A stretch of DNA of 63,894 bases, the filler included, from Choristocarpus tenellus KU-1152 (Eukaryota; Protista; Phaeophyceae), in the NCBI GenBank assembly GCA_964200185.2. It is 13 parts of 13 records of this genome, joined end to end, with 100 filler letters (N's around TTAATTAATTAA, not from the genome) between each part and the next. Parts side by side here need not be neighbours in the genome. Positions count along the whole stretch, not along the records: positions 49,326 to 53,235 come from CAXNAD020017208.1; positions 53,336 to 56,481 come from CAXNAD020021986.1; positions 56,582 to 60,569 come from CAXNAD020016787.1; positions 60,670 to 63,894 come from CAXNAD020021422.1; 9 more parts are not named here. The stretch is one strand, 5' to 3'. The position numbers and the translations under genes were made by a program. Below are positions 52,720-63,894 of the stretch, one piece after another (the first letter of the stretch is position 1; every line of letters begins with the position of its first letter). The notes under the pieces are model-generated. The model ran no database searches. It saw nothing but the letters and a program-made list of their open reading frames with translations, and had not been told where the DNA came from.

Positions 52720-53647
52720 CTCCGATAGAATAGAGGACTTTCATTTATTTATTTATTTTTCAAGCGCAGATAAATAATAATAATTAGTAGTAGTAGTAGT
52801 AGTAGTAATAACAAAAGCACAGAGAAACAGGAAAAAACAAAAAAAAGAATCAAAGGAAAAAGAACGGAGAATAAATATGTGCTCACTTTTTTTTTTAGTT
52901 ATCAACAGAGAGAGAGAGAGAGATAGTGACATCATAAGAAAGATGGAACATGAATAACAACAAAAACAAAAAGAAGAATATTGTATGTACGTATATATCA
53001 TTTTTACAAATCAGTTTCATCAACAAACAAGTGAACAAAAAGTCAGCTGGATCCATTGGATCCATAAGAAGCCAGCAACAAAAATATAGTCAGGGGTTCA
53101 CAGTACGGTGAGGGGGCAAAAAAAAAGAAAAGAACGGTACTGTAATATGTGTAAAGGTGGGGGGGGGGGGGGGCTTATTCCGCTTTCCCCCCTCCCACAA
53201 AAAATAAAAAAACATCAAACAAAAAACACAAAAAANNNNNNNNNNNNNNNNNNNNNNNNNNNNNNNNNNNNNNNNNNNNTTAATTAATTAANNNNNNNNN
53301 NNNNNNNNNNNNNNNNNNNNNNNNNNNNNNNNNNNGGGTTACAAATCTCTCACAACCCACATGATTCTGCCACTGTGACCAAAAGCTGTTTTGAATAGTA
53401 TAGCACCAATCAAGATTAGAGTCAGTATTCTCATGTACTAGACTTTCCCAATCATGTATCATTTGAGTATATGGTGTCTGGAAAAAAAGTCAACCTGAAA
53501 TATGCATATTGTTGGGGACAACTTGCGTATATCCCTCTCACTGCACTGTCATTCCATACAGCACCATTTCTCACCACTGCCCCTGTTCTTTTGGCCTCAT
53601 TTTTATCATTTCTGGTTGACTCACGGTGCACATTGAATATCTGACAG

Positions 53648-56077
53648 GGTTGACGAATCCTTACCCACCACTGGGGAGGGAGGGGAGATATTCAACGTTG
53701 TGTCTGTAGCCAACAAGGTATGGTGGCTCTCAGTTTCTCCTGGTTGAACAGTCAATGAGTGGATTGTATTTCTGGTGACACACTACATTCTGAAGAGTTT
53801 CCACCTATGACAGCCCACAGTCTCCTGCTGAATCCTATTTCCTGTCCGACCTGCTATCCGTGCAGCATCTTGGCCTTGAAGGAGAGCTTGCTCTTGAAGA
53901 AGGACAACGAAAAACAGGAAAGTTGATGCTGCGACATAGACACACTTCCATTGACAAAACGCTTCAGACCGGGCCAGAGATGAGTTATGCAACAGAGATA
54001 GATGGTACAGAAAATGAATACTACATGTTAGAAGGTGGCCAAGATAAACTTGCACAAGGTCAAACACTGTGTGTGAAATCAGTATTGGATGAAGAGGAGG
54101 GAAGGACAAGAAATCCCACTTCAGCTGAAGGTATAGTTGAGACTGGAACATCCCCTCAACCTATACAAGGGGTAGGAGCAAGCACAAGTGGAGAGGAAGG
54201 GCAAGGATTGACAATCATATTGCCTGCTACTAAAAAAACGAAGGGAAACATCAAGGAGAGCAAACAGACTGTTGGGATAGGAAATGGCGCAAACAAATTT
54301 CGACTTGAAAACTCGGAAGGTGGAGATGAAACTTATTCATCTCAGACATTCATGAATCCTGCTGGTAGTGAAGGGCCATTAGTTGATATCAACCTCGCTA
54401 GGCACCAGATTTGTGATGATGGTGCCACAGCACTGGCCCGAGCACTGGAGGGCAACACCTTTGTGAAGGTGAATGTATCGCACACCAATCAAGGACCAAG
54501 CTTAGGGAAGTTTGGACCTGTTACCTTCAGATATCTCTATGCACAGTGACGGTATTACTCACCACCCTATGTAGAGCTCAACAACAGATCATATCGAAGC
54601 ATGTTGGTAGCAGCCAGCAGGTTGAACTCATTCAGGGTGGCCTTTCATGTTACTCCCCCAAAGAAGACCCCACCAAATGTATGCTTTGAAAGATAGATAT
54701 ACTGGAGGGTATATAATCTCTCACAATATCACCTAATCTCTCGGTGAAGAATACCTAGGAATATTTTCCTAGTAGGAGATAGACACTTCCTGCCAAAAAA
54801 GGATGACATGCACAACTATTTCGAAAAAGTGTACTTTAGTTGGAGATAAGGTTTCCAGATCTGCTGTCAAAGTATCCCCCCTCCTCGACCCTTCTCTCAA
54901 GTACATCTAGATACACGATTAGCACAATTGAGGCACGCGCACACACGTATGTCAGTATTCATTGCCCCCCTACTGGATATCTGCCCACCTCCCACCTGCT
55001 CAGCACCTGGACCTGAGCCTCAATCGCATCTCTAGTGAAGGTGCAGCCAACATCTCCCTCGTGTTGGCCTCAGGCCAACCCTCAGTCACATCCCTATTGA
55101 TGGCCCAGAATGGACTAGGACGGCGCGGGGGGGAACACATGGGCCGTGCCCTTGGGGGAGGTTGGTGGGCAGCAGAGAGGCTAAATCTAGCAGACAATCG
55201 CCTTGGAGACGATGGAATAGCCGCATTGTGCCTTGGGCTTAGTGGGCATCCATGTTTAGCAACCCTGGTGAGCCTGCAGGAGGTGTATAGGGTTGGGAGA
55301 GAGAAAAGATATGGAAGGGCATAGGGAGTGGAAACAAAGTTGAGACACTGACGTGAAAGACAGTAACTAAGATGCTTCTGGGAATGGGGAATGTCCTGCT
55401 CCCCACAAATATGAGCCTCTAAACTGTATATCTGTATTCAACTGCCTCTTCCCCATCAGTTCCTATCCCCTCAATCCCGTACTTCTTTACCTATTTCGGC
55501 ATAGGAGCCTACTCTCCAAATTGCGATCATCATACTGATATCATCCCCATTCCTTCCCCATGTACTCCACCTTGTGAAAATCCGCTGACTGCTGTGTAAA
55601 GGTCCTTGACGGAAATCTTTTCGGCGTGGATGGCACAGAAGCCCTTGTGGCATCCCTCTTCCACAATTGTTCTGTGACATCCCTGAGTATGCGTCGAAAT
55701 GCTCTGCTGGCTGATGCTGCGGGTTGCCTTGCACGCCTCCTGTCTTGCAACGCAAACCTTTCACATCTAGACCTTAGTTTCAATCCTCTGGGCCCTGACG
55801 GTGCACAGAACCTGGCAGACGGTCTACCCCAAAATGGATGCATCAGACGTAGGGACCGAAGAGTTGAACAGCCTGGCAGTGAGGTGGGAGGTGGACTTGT
55901 GCACTTGGCAATGCGGGGCTGTGGCATTCAGCAGCCCCCCATCATAAAGAATGGGGTGCACTATCTGGCGCAGGGGCTGGCTGCAAACAAGTACCTGCAA
56001 ACGTTGGACCTTGCTGCAAATGGGCTGGACGGGTTTGGGGCACAGGAACTAGCACATGCCCTACTCAAGAACAAAAT
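53648..56077 (+). CDS. Partial ribonuclease-inhibitor-type LRR protein (NLRC3-like repeats); exons 53648-53717 (tentative), 53866-54468, 55004-55267, 55602-56077
   Basis: Repeats such as INLARHQICDDGATALARAL, LDLSLNRISSEGAANI, LNLADNRLGDDGIAAL, LDLSFNPLGPDGAQNLADGL, LDLAANGLDGFGAQELAHAL; in-phase GT-AG junctions. Confidence 0.88.
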
Positions 56078-56416
56078 GTGGGAGGGCAGGAACTTGTAGA
56101 GTAGAGAGGAAATGGAACAGAGTGGAGAAAAGAAAATGAAGGGAAAACGCAGGTTGAGAGGTAGATAAACAAATATTAGAAAAGTGAAGTGGGGGAGACT
56201 GACCCAAACTCCTTGTGATGATGTAGCGCGAAGTACTCCACCAAAAGATGGGTTCATCCATGTTGCCCAATATGGGAGACTTCATGATTACCCTGCCCTT
56301 CTCCATGCTCTATTTCTACTTATAGTTGGCCCCTCTCACTCTTACATTGCTCTGTAGTCCCCATTTTCAATTGAATTTACTTTCACCCCAATGCCCCCAA
56401 CCTTTTCTGGACCTCT

Positions 56417-56481
56417 GACCCAAAGTATCTGGGGGGGGGGAGGGGTCTACTCCAGGGTGTCCATTTGGTGGATAACCAGGA
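56417..56481 (-). mobile_element. MITE family B end at contig edge
   Basis: GACCCAAAGTATCTGGGGGG...CCAGGGTGTCCATTTGG. Confidence 0.82.
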
Positions 56482-56581
56482 NNNNNNNNNNNNNNNNNNN
56501 NNNNNNNNNNNNNNNNNNNNNNNNNTTAATTAATTAANNNNNNNNNNNNNNNNNNNNNNNNNNNNNNNNNNNNNNNNNNNN

Positions 56582-56830
56582 AACACTTGGAGCAAACTGG
56601 TCCAGCGACCCTTTCTCCTCTATAGACTTCCTCACGCGCTGAAGGCCACGCCCGCTTAACGGACGAACCATATCCGTGCATGTGATATGGCGAAGTTTCA
56701 TTCTGTATGAACCTATATAGTGCTCATCCAGTATGCTGGAAATGCTTGTTTGGCGACGGTCCTGGCCTCTGGGTTCCAAACCTTCCCATTGGCAGGCGGG
56801 CGGGTTGTTGTTCTTGAAACGTTGGACATG
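56582..56830 (-). CDS. ParB/sulfiredoxin-like N-terminal domain, truncated by the contig end
   Basis: MKLRHITCTDMVRPLSGRGLQRVRKSIEEKGSLDQFAPSV follows the ParB pattern (I..., R, helix, SI...G.L..P..V). Confidence 0.5.
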
Positions 56831-57241
56831 GCAAAGTATGGGTAAGTCTGATGGGGATGGGTAAGTAAGAGGTCTGCTTGGTATCTACGCAAGGTAATGA
56901 ATTGGAATGAGGACTGAGAGATGATGGGTGCTGTTGTATTTGGTCTGACCTTTCGATCCTAAAATTCGGATTGCAATTTTTTTACAAGATTCGCGTTACA
57001 AAAATACGAATACCAAAAAGCATAGGATTCTATATTGAACCGAGACAGAGGGTGTCTGTATGTTCGTTACCCTTTCGGCCTACTATCACGTTTCGAATGT
57101 ATTCGATCAATGAGGAATGTGGTTTGTATCTGTATTTGTTGGTGTAAGGATTAGACTACCATTCTACTAGTGAAGAAACCCTACGGCATATGTTCCGAGT
57201 GTTCTATGTAAATAATTATAACTGCGGACAAGAAATATGAT

Positions 57242-57344
57242 AGAGCCGCTTCTTTATGCTACATATAGTTGAAATAAACCCCAAAGCACTAAAGATCGTG
57301 TTTAGGATATATTTCAACCATATGTAGAATAATGAAGCGGCTCT
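57242..57344. repeat. Near-perfect ~100-bp hairpin; shorter related hairpin at 57383-57440
   Basis: Arms AGAGCCGCTTCTTTATGCTACATATAGTTGAAATA / TATTTCAACCATATGTAGAATAATGAAGCGGCTCT; both hairpins share the core CACTAAAGATCGTGTTTAGG. Confidence 0.85.
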
Positions 57345-57580
57345 GAAATAGAAACCTTTGAGACCCGTAAAGAGGTTGATTACAGTTTAAAAGAACCCTA
57401 AGCCACTAAAGATCGTGTTTAGGGTTTATTTAAACCCTGACGTACATATACAAATACTCCTATCGAGTCCGTTGTACGTGACGCGTATATCTACACACTC
57501 TGACTTTTATTGTCGATGAAAACGTTTTTGACAATCGATGTCTGACTCAGAGCGAGTTAGAGGTTTCTAGGGTCGAGGCC

Positions 57581-57881
57581 AAGTGAACGTTTCTGAGAGG
57601 GTACGAGTTTTGTTCTGTTTCTCATCTTGAGGCTTAGTTCTGTTTCTCAATTCGAGGCTTATTATGTTCCGATGGGTTTCGTTTTGACACCTAGTTCCTC
57701 GAAAACGTTTGAAGCAGTAGTGAGTACAATGTAAATGTTAGGGTTATTATGGAAAACCGTGTCCAGAACATGGACATTGATACTTCATAACAAACAAGAT
57801 GACCAAAAACATGTCCAAAACTATATGTTGGATTTGGGCACCCAAACGGACGCGACTCTACCCTCTAAGATACTTTGGCTC
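57581..57881 (+). mobile_element. MITE family A, diverged copy; a reverse partial copy follows at ~57900-58106
   Basis: AAGTGAACGTTTCTGAGAGGGTACGAGTTTTG...CTACCCTCTAAGATACTTTGGCTC. Confidence 0.8.
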
Positions 57882-58705
57882 TCTGTTGTTTGTAGTGTAT
57901 TTGGGGCAAAATCAAATAAATGCTGTGATTTTGATTAATTTTGGGCTGTTGTGTATGTTAGGGAGTGTCAATATGCTTTTTCCATAATACGCACCTACTC
58001 TAAATTCTTCAGAAATAGGAAAACGTCTTGAAAAAAAACCCGTGTGATGCCAAGCCCCAATCGGACAGACAAGGCCAAAAACGCACCCTCCAATGTACTT
58101 TCACTTAACATGTCTGATTCGGTAAGTTGATGGACTTCAATGATGTAGAGGGCTGGGGTTGTTTTTGTCTAAACCAGGTTGCTGCAGAGTGGCAACATGC
58201 GAGCTAAAATAAGTATGTGATTGATACCTTCAAAATTACAAATCACTCCTCCTGATATGAATTTATATTTTAGAAATGTAATTAACGGGAATTCTCTGAT
58301 TTACTACTTCTTCTGAAAATGCGACGCGCGGATTTTCTGGATCGGTGGGATCGAAAGGGTGGTCCCATCTATCGCCCGAGTTCCGAAACAAAGCTGATTT
58401 CGGAACATTGAAAATATACAATAACAATCAAGTATGCGTTTGGTATCTTAAAAAATACAAACACAGATACATTATGAATTTCCAAGAGTATAAATAACGG
58501 ACATAATCTGAAATACGAATTCTGGAAAATGTGACGCACGGATTTTCAGGATTGGTGGGATCGAAAGCGTGGTCTCATCGATCATGAAAAGGATTAAAAA
58601 AAAGTTCATACGCTCGTCTTCGAATCTAATAACTCCTATACCTTCGCACTACTACTGTCCAAGACCGCCTGTTGCTCGAAAAGACCATGCCAGTTGTTTC
58701 CACAG

Positions 58706-60569
58706 CAAGCCTGTGGTTTGTGTCACCTACGTCCCCCCCCGCGTTGCCCCCACACCGGCCTGCCAACAAAGATGCACTGGAGCTTCATGTCAATGACGCT
58801 TCAGCGACCGACGCCAAGCTTCGATCGGGGTGGGTTGAACCCATCCCAGCACTTTACCCACCTACCCACGGCGGTGACAGGTAACCGCACGCACACACAG
58901 TGCATCCGACAAGAACTTTGCTGAATATTGCGGAACAGAACAGACGAAGTTGTTTTGTCCTACGGATGAGTGCAAAGTCCCAAGAAATAATCGCCAAAAC
59001 AAATGCACATAATTCCACTACCTATTCAGTTCGTCGTGATGACCTTTTCTTACATGTTACTTTCGTTCGTATCCCCCTTATCAGGGGCTACTCCGAGCGC
59101 CAGAAGATCATGGCCGCACACGTCGAAGGCCAGTTCGCGGAGGTGTTCTTCACTCCTATCAATCTTGGAGGAGGTACGTACTGTGGAGTATCGTAAGAGC
59201 TAATTGGCAGGTCGTAGTGGAGATCGCAGACATGTACATCAACCATATGGGCGTGTGTCATCTACACTGCATAGACGAATTTCATCACCCCTCTTATTAG
59301 CTCCAAATATACAATGCCGAAATGAGCAGAGTACTTTTTACCAACAGTTGTTGAACATCATTGTTCGTGCAGGTTGCCACCTTGTCTGCACAGCCACACA
59401 CCTTGCCCTCACAAGGCTTATCGACAAGTACCGCGACAGCCTCGATGACTTGGGGAGTCACATTATCCAGCACGCGCATTGGCAGGTAAGAAGGTTTCAT
59501 CTTGACACGACCCACTCAACACATACTGGCTGAATACCAGTCACCAAGTAACTAACTGCACGATCTTTAGTTTTGGTTTGTGCGTTGCAACCTGCATCGC
59601 TCTAGCAATACTTCTTAACCTGTTCCTCCACGAAACGCGGCAAATTGGGCTGATATATTGGCCTCACACCCATCCCTCCCTCGCTCCCGACTCCCCAAAC
59701 TGGCCAGGTCGACAACTGCGTCTCAGAGAACAAGAACAATTTCTTTCTCGGATACGCGCGGTTGTTGGTTGCGGCGAGTGTCATTCGTGTTGTCGAGATA
59801 CATTTTATGATGGTGGGACACACGCACATCAATATCGACCAGATCTTCTCCAGGTATTTAGGCAATATCTATAGGCAAGTTCGATAGCCACATAATGTTT
59901 TACGCGGACAGATACTGCCTCGAGGCTTGCAGCTCACACTTGTTGCACCAATGGAAGGTTTATGGTTGAATGCTGTAATTGATATATTGGCTTTTCATTT
60001 CCTCACAACAAAATTTACCTACAAGAAGAGCTGCTGCCTAAACTGTTTCATAACATACTCTCCAAAAAAATCAAAATATATATATATACGCATCACCCAT
60101 TTTTATATCTATACTTCCATATACATGACTCTTCGGAGCATGTGCCTGCATGTATATCTTGGTTCTCCACTTCGCTTCTTTCGCCCCCGCCTCGAAATTA
60201 ACTTGCCTGCATGCGTTTCACCTTCTTCAGGTTCTCGAGTGGGACAAAAGGGAAGAACATATTCACAAGAACACAGCTGGGTGAAGAGCTGCAGGCCTCT
60301 TACACGGAGGTTCCGGTATACAACAAGACCCTGCGGAACCAGGGCAATTTCAAGGGACTCCTTCGCGGTCGCATCAACCGTGTCCCGAACATCACGAGCT
60401 ACAGGGCTTTCCGTGTTGAAAAGGGCAGTGATGGGCGGGTGAAGGTTAGCGTTAAGCAATACATGCACAACACAGAATGGAGTGGGATAGGCGGAGACCT
60501 TGCTACGGACCCCAACGCCCCTCCACACGACCTCTTCATCGGCCACCCACCTCGTATCCAAGATGCACC
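58706..60569 (+). CDS. Intron-containing Sola1/DUF7869-like DDD transposase (exons 58706-58880 tentative, 59085-59173, 59373-59485, 59708-59853, 60231-60569+)
   Basis: Spliced product contains WQ|VDNCVSENKNNFFLGY...FMMVGHTHINIDQIFSR|FS; all junctions are GT-AG and in phase, with no stops. Confidence 0.82.
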
Positions 60570-60669
60570 NNNNNNNNNNNNNNNNNNNNNNNNNNNNNNN
60601 NNNNNNNNNNNNNTTAATTAATTAANNNNNNNNNNNNNNNNNNNNNNNNNNNNNNNNNNNNNNNNNNNN

Positions 60670-60711
60670 TCCCCAAATGGACGCGGCGCTACCCTCTAAG
60701 ATACTTTGTCT
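60670..60711 (+). mobile_element. MITE family A right end at contig edge
   Basis: CCCCAAATGGACGCGGCGCTACCCTCTAAGATACTTTGTCTC. Confidence 0.82.
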
Positions 60712-62178
60712 CATTACCTGTTTCATGCTTTCTACAGGCAATAATCATTATCTGGATAAAAAATATCCATCACCTTAGATCATGCTGCGGCGGCATGATA
60801 ATTGCCATTTGGTAACATAGGGGCTTCAGTTCAGATTGCTCCTGGCTTAGTCTGAGTATATATTTGTTCTTTCAGAAACATACCTTCAAAATTTACAAAG
60901 TATATAGCTCTGATTGGTCATACAATTTGTGCGTCTTCCTTTCCAATCTTCCCGGTTATATAAATGCAAGTGCTATCAAGGATTAGACTTATATAATTCA
61001 AGACCTACACAGCACCTGATTATTGCCTGTCCTATGCCCCCCATGCATAAAGTATACTCAAGGCTGCTAGTGTGCAAAACAGGCAATGAAAGAAAAATAA
61101 ATAAAATAAAAATAAATAAATAAAGAAGAGTCAATGAGAGCAACAAACAGTACTAATAATAAATAAAGAGAAGAGATAAAGATAAAATGAGCAATAAAAT
61201 AGAAAATAAATAATAAAAAAATGTGTGGATGATGAGGGTAGCAAAGTAGAAACTGAATAGTAAATAAAATAAAATAAAAGCACAAAAAGTAAAAGGGAAG
61301 AAAAAAAGAAAAGAAAAAGCCAGTAAATAAGGAGGGTAACAACTATGAAAAGAAAATGAAATTCAAAATCAGGGGGTGATGGGATGAGAACTAAAAATAA
61401 ATAACATTAGAAAGACATAAGGATTCAAGATCACAGAGTTGTTACAAAAAAAATAAATAAATAAAAAAGTAGTGAGTTCAGTGTTTATATTTTCAAGAAC
61501 TTCAACCTATACAACCAATGTATAATACTGTGTGCTCTAATGTGGGCAGCTTCATTTTAACTTCTGCTGTCTCACATTCCTTTCAGTTACTTATGATTTT
61601 CAAAGCTTTAATCTCTTGTTCTAGCATGTACCAGCTGAACCTCACCTTGTCCCTCAGGCATACAGTTGTTACCTGCTGGAAGGTTTTCTGGAGGAGGCAC
61701 TCATCTCTCTCCTGCTGAATTCCTCCTTACCTCCATCCTTCAACCATACCCTCCAGTGGGGTGACTTGAACTCAAAAACTGGACCCTGTCCTACATGTCT
61801 CTTCAGCTCTCATCCTTTCACAATGTTTGACACTAGTACCTATAGGAAAGAGACGTAACACATCCTATCGAGGCAAGAGTTGTTCTTGGGTGGGAATATT
61901 AGTTGGACATGGTCTTTTGTTAGGGTTGTAAAGGTCCTGGAAGGCATGATAAACATCCAAGTGTAGTAAGTTAAAGCTGTTCATTTTCTCTGTTTAGTTT
62001 ACCTAGTCTAACGACTATCCATCTTAGAACTTTCCTTTGCACTACAATGCCATTTGTTAAGATCTGACAAGGATACATTGTTACTGCTCGATCTGGGTGT
62101 TGGAATGTTGACGAAAGGTGCCCATGGTGGCAGTGGTGATGGTTGGGAGCATTGAACTTCTCTAAATGGCAGTTCACT

Positions 62179-62480
62179 CTAGTGTTGTCTACAGAATGTT
62201 GTACCTAAAATAATTTCGTATGGCAGCCCCACCATTACCCTAAAAGTCATATTGCGTACTTTTCCTCTGGGGAAAACGCTATTAGAAGTTTTGCATGACC
62301 TCAGTAACAGCACAGGTAGAATATTGCACCCTATGAGGTTTGCTGCATTCAAGGTACCTTTACCTGCCATGTTGAGCTGTGGTAAGCAATTTTTACAAAA
62401 ATAGATGAGACCTGCACCTGTCTCAAGGAGTACCTGGGCAAGCATTCTCGAGTGGACTCTATGTGGGTGACATGGCCGGG
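62179..62480 (-). mobile_element. Ty3/gypsy-type retropepsin relic (degenerate gag may lie upstream to ~63300)
   Basis: VLLETGAG (DTGA motif with D>E), NAAN, FRVMVGLPYEIILGTTF. Confidence 0.7.
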
Positions 62481-63894
62481 CATATATTGATACTTGACTA
62501 GTACAATGGTCAGTGTTATGGCGAATATTATCGAGGTACAAATTAAAGTCTTGTCTATAGTTGGAATGATGTGGATCGCTGGGACTTCAGACTCCATGGC
62601 GCAACTTCAAGACGACTCTACAACGTCCGAAACGGTTGGGCTTCTCGCGAATAGTGGACAAAGTTTCGAGTATTGCATCGCTGCTAGGTATCGGAGATTC
62701 GTTTCTATTAAGAATACTATCGTATGAGACACTGCAGTAGATTGGGCGCCAGGAGGCCCTTGGTGGGTTCCCGAAAGGTATGAGTGGATTCCTCTGGGAA
62801 CTAACGAGTGGCATTACGTATACCTGCACTCGTCAGTTATAGACGTGAAGAAGTCTTGACTACTGGCATGATGAAAGCAAACTTGGTGCGTCTTTAGCCA
62901 TATGTCGACTTCGTCTTGTGAAGGTAGAAGATGGAGGTAAGCCTTTGCCCAAACCGTGCCCACTTCTATCATTCGTCCTGTCTGTGGCTAAAGCAGGTAG
63001 CGATCAAAGCACAGGCTGGGGAACGGATGTCACTGGTCGAACGGGTTTTGATGCCTTGCTTTTTTAGGAACGAACGAGGTACTGTGTTTGCTGGGAACAG
63101 AAGAAGGTTCGGAATTTAAGGCTGCACAGAAAGCGGGCGAGGGTTTCTGGGTTAAAACAGGTTGAAGCATCGGTGCAAGGGCTGCCAGTACACGGTTGAC
63201 AACTTCTCTGTGTAAAAGTGAGGTTTGGCTTGATACCTATTCGTGCATGGAAGTCTTGTTGTGGCGATATAGTCCTTGTTTCTGCCTGACGATCAGGGTT
63301 TCGACTGAGGCAGCGCAAGGATGTGACATGCTAGCAAACAAGCGCCTCTACCACCTAGCTAAAACGATATAAGCGTCGACCTTGTACAATGTAGGTTTTG
63401 CAGCATTTTTGATTGGCTGGGATAAATCGGTCACTTCGATTGGATAACTCTATTGTGAAATCAATTATCCGATATGGTTTAATTCGACGGTTTACTATCT
63501 CGTTCCCCAAAGAATTACTCTAGGAAATTGCTAGTGGGTAAGTTTGACTTCAATTTCTTTCTAAGATAAATATGCTATTTGTTTTGTAGGCTCCAATTTG
63601 GTTGGGACGTTTGGAAGGAGAGCGCGGAGTTGGTACAAATCAATGAGATTACCTTCGCCTATGTATCCCCTCCCCAAAACAATTTCATATAAATGAGGCA
63701 TCCGTGAGTCCAGGGCGTACGCTCGATAGTGCAAAACTAGGCTATGGCTGCAGCCTTCCGCGTCACACCATAAAAAAATAAATAACATGGCAACCTTGAC
63801 CACCATCCTCGGCTGGCCACCTAAAAAGGGGTGAAGTTGTCGATGTGTGGACGCGATACATAAACAGGTTGAGCCGTCACGACTACTGCAAGAG

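Overview
Eukaryotic, repeat-rich draft sequence made of about 13 contigs. They are joined by artificial 100-bp spacers (N run, TTAATTAATTAA, N run), so neighbours across spacers are probably not real neighbours. The organism is most likely a brown alga (Phaeophyceae), inferred from 72-bp phase-1 LRR exons of the Ectocarpus ROCO/LRR type, TTAGGG repeats and the transposon types. Mobile content: a degenerate Ty1/copia element with nested insertions, CRE-like and RTE-like non-LTR relics, a Gypsy protease relic, a DD39D-type mariner, and about 22 copies of two related MITE families with shared ends and 4-bp target duplications (Sola-like). Host gene fragments: two 72-bp LRR exons, an RI-type LRR gene and USP-like exons. 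Three observations stand out. (1) About 29 short telomeric-repeat tracts are packed into ~4 kb around the 72-bp LRR exons; several sit between direct duplications of flanking DNA, like telomerase-healed break scars, and some lie at branch-point position. (2) An intron-containing Sola1/DUF7869-like DDD transposase lies divergently from a ParB-like ORF on one contig. (3) The MITE families could be mobilised by such a transposase. All family assignments come from motif recognition by eye, with no database searches.
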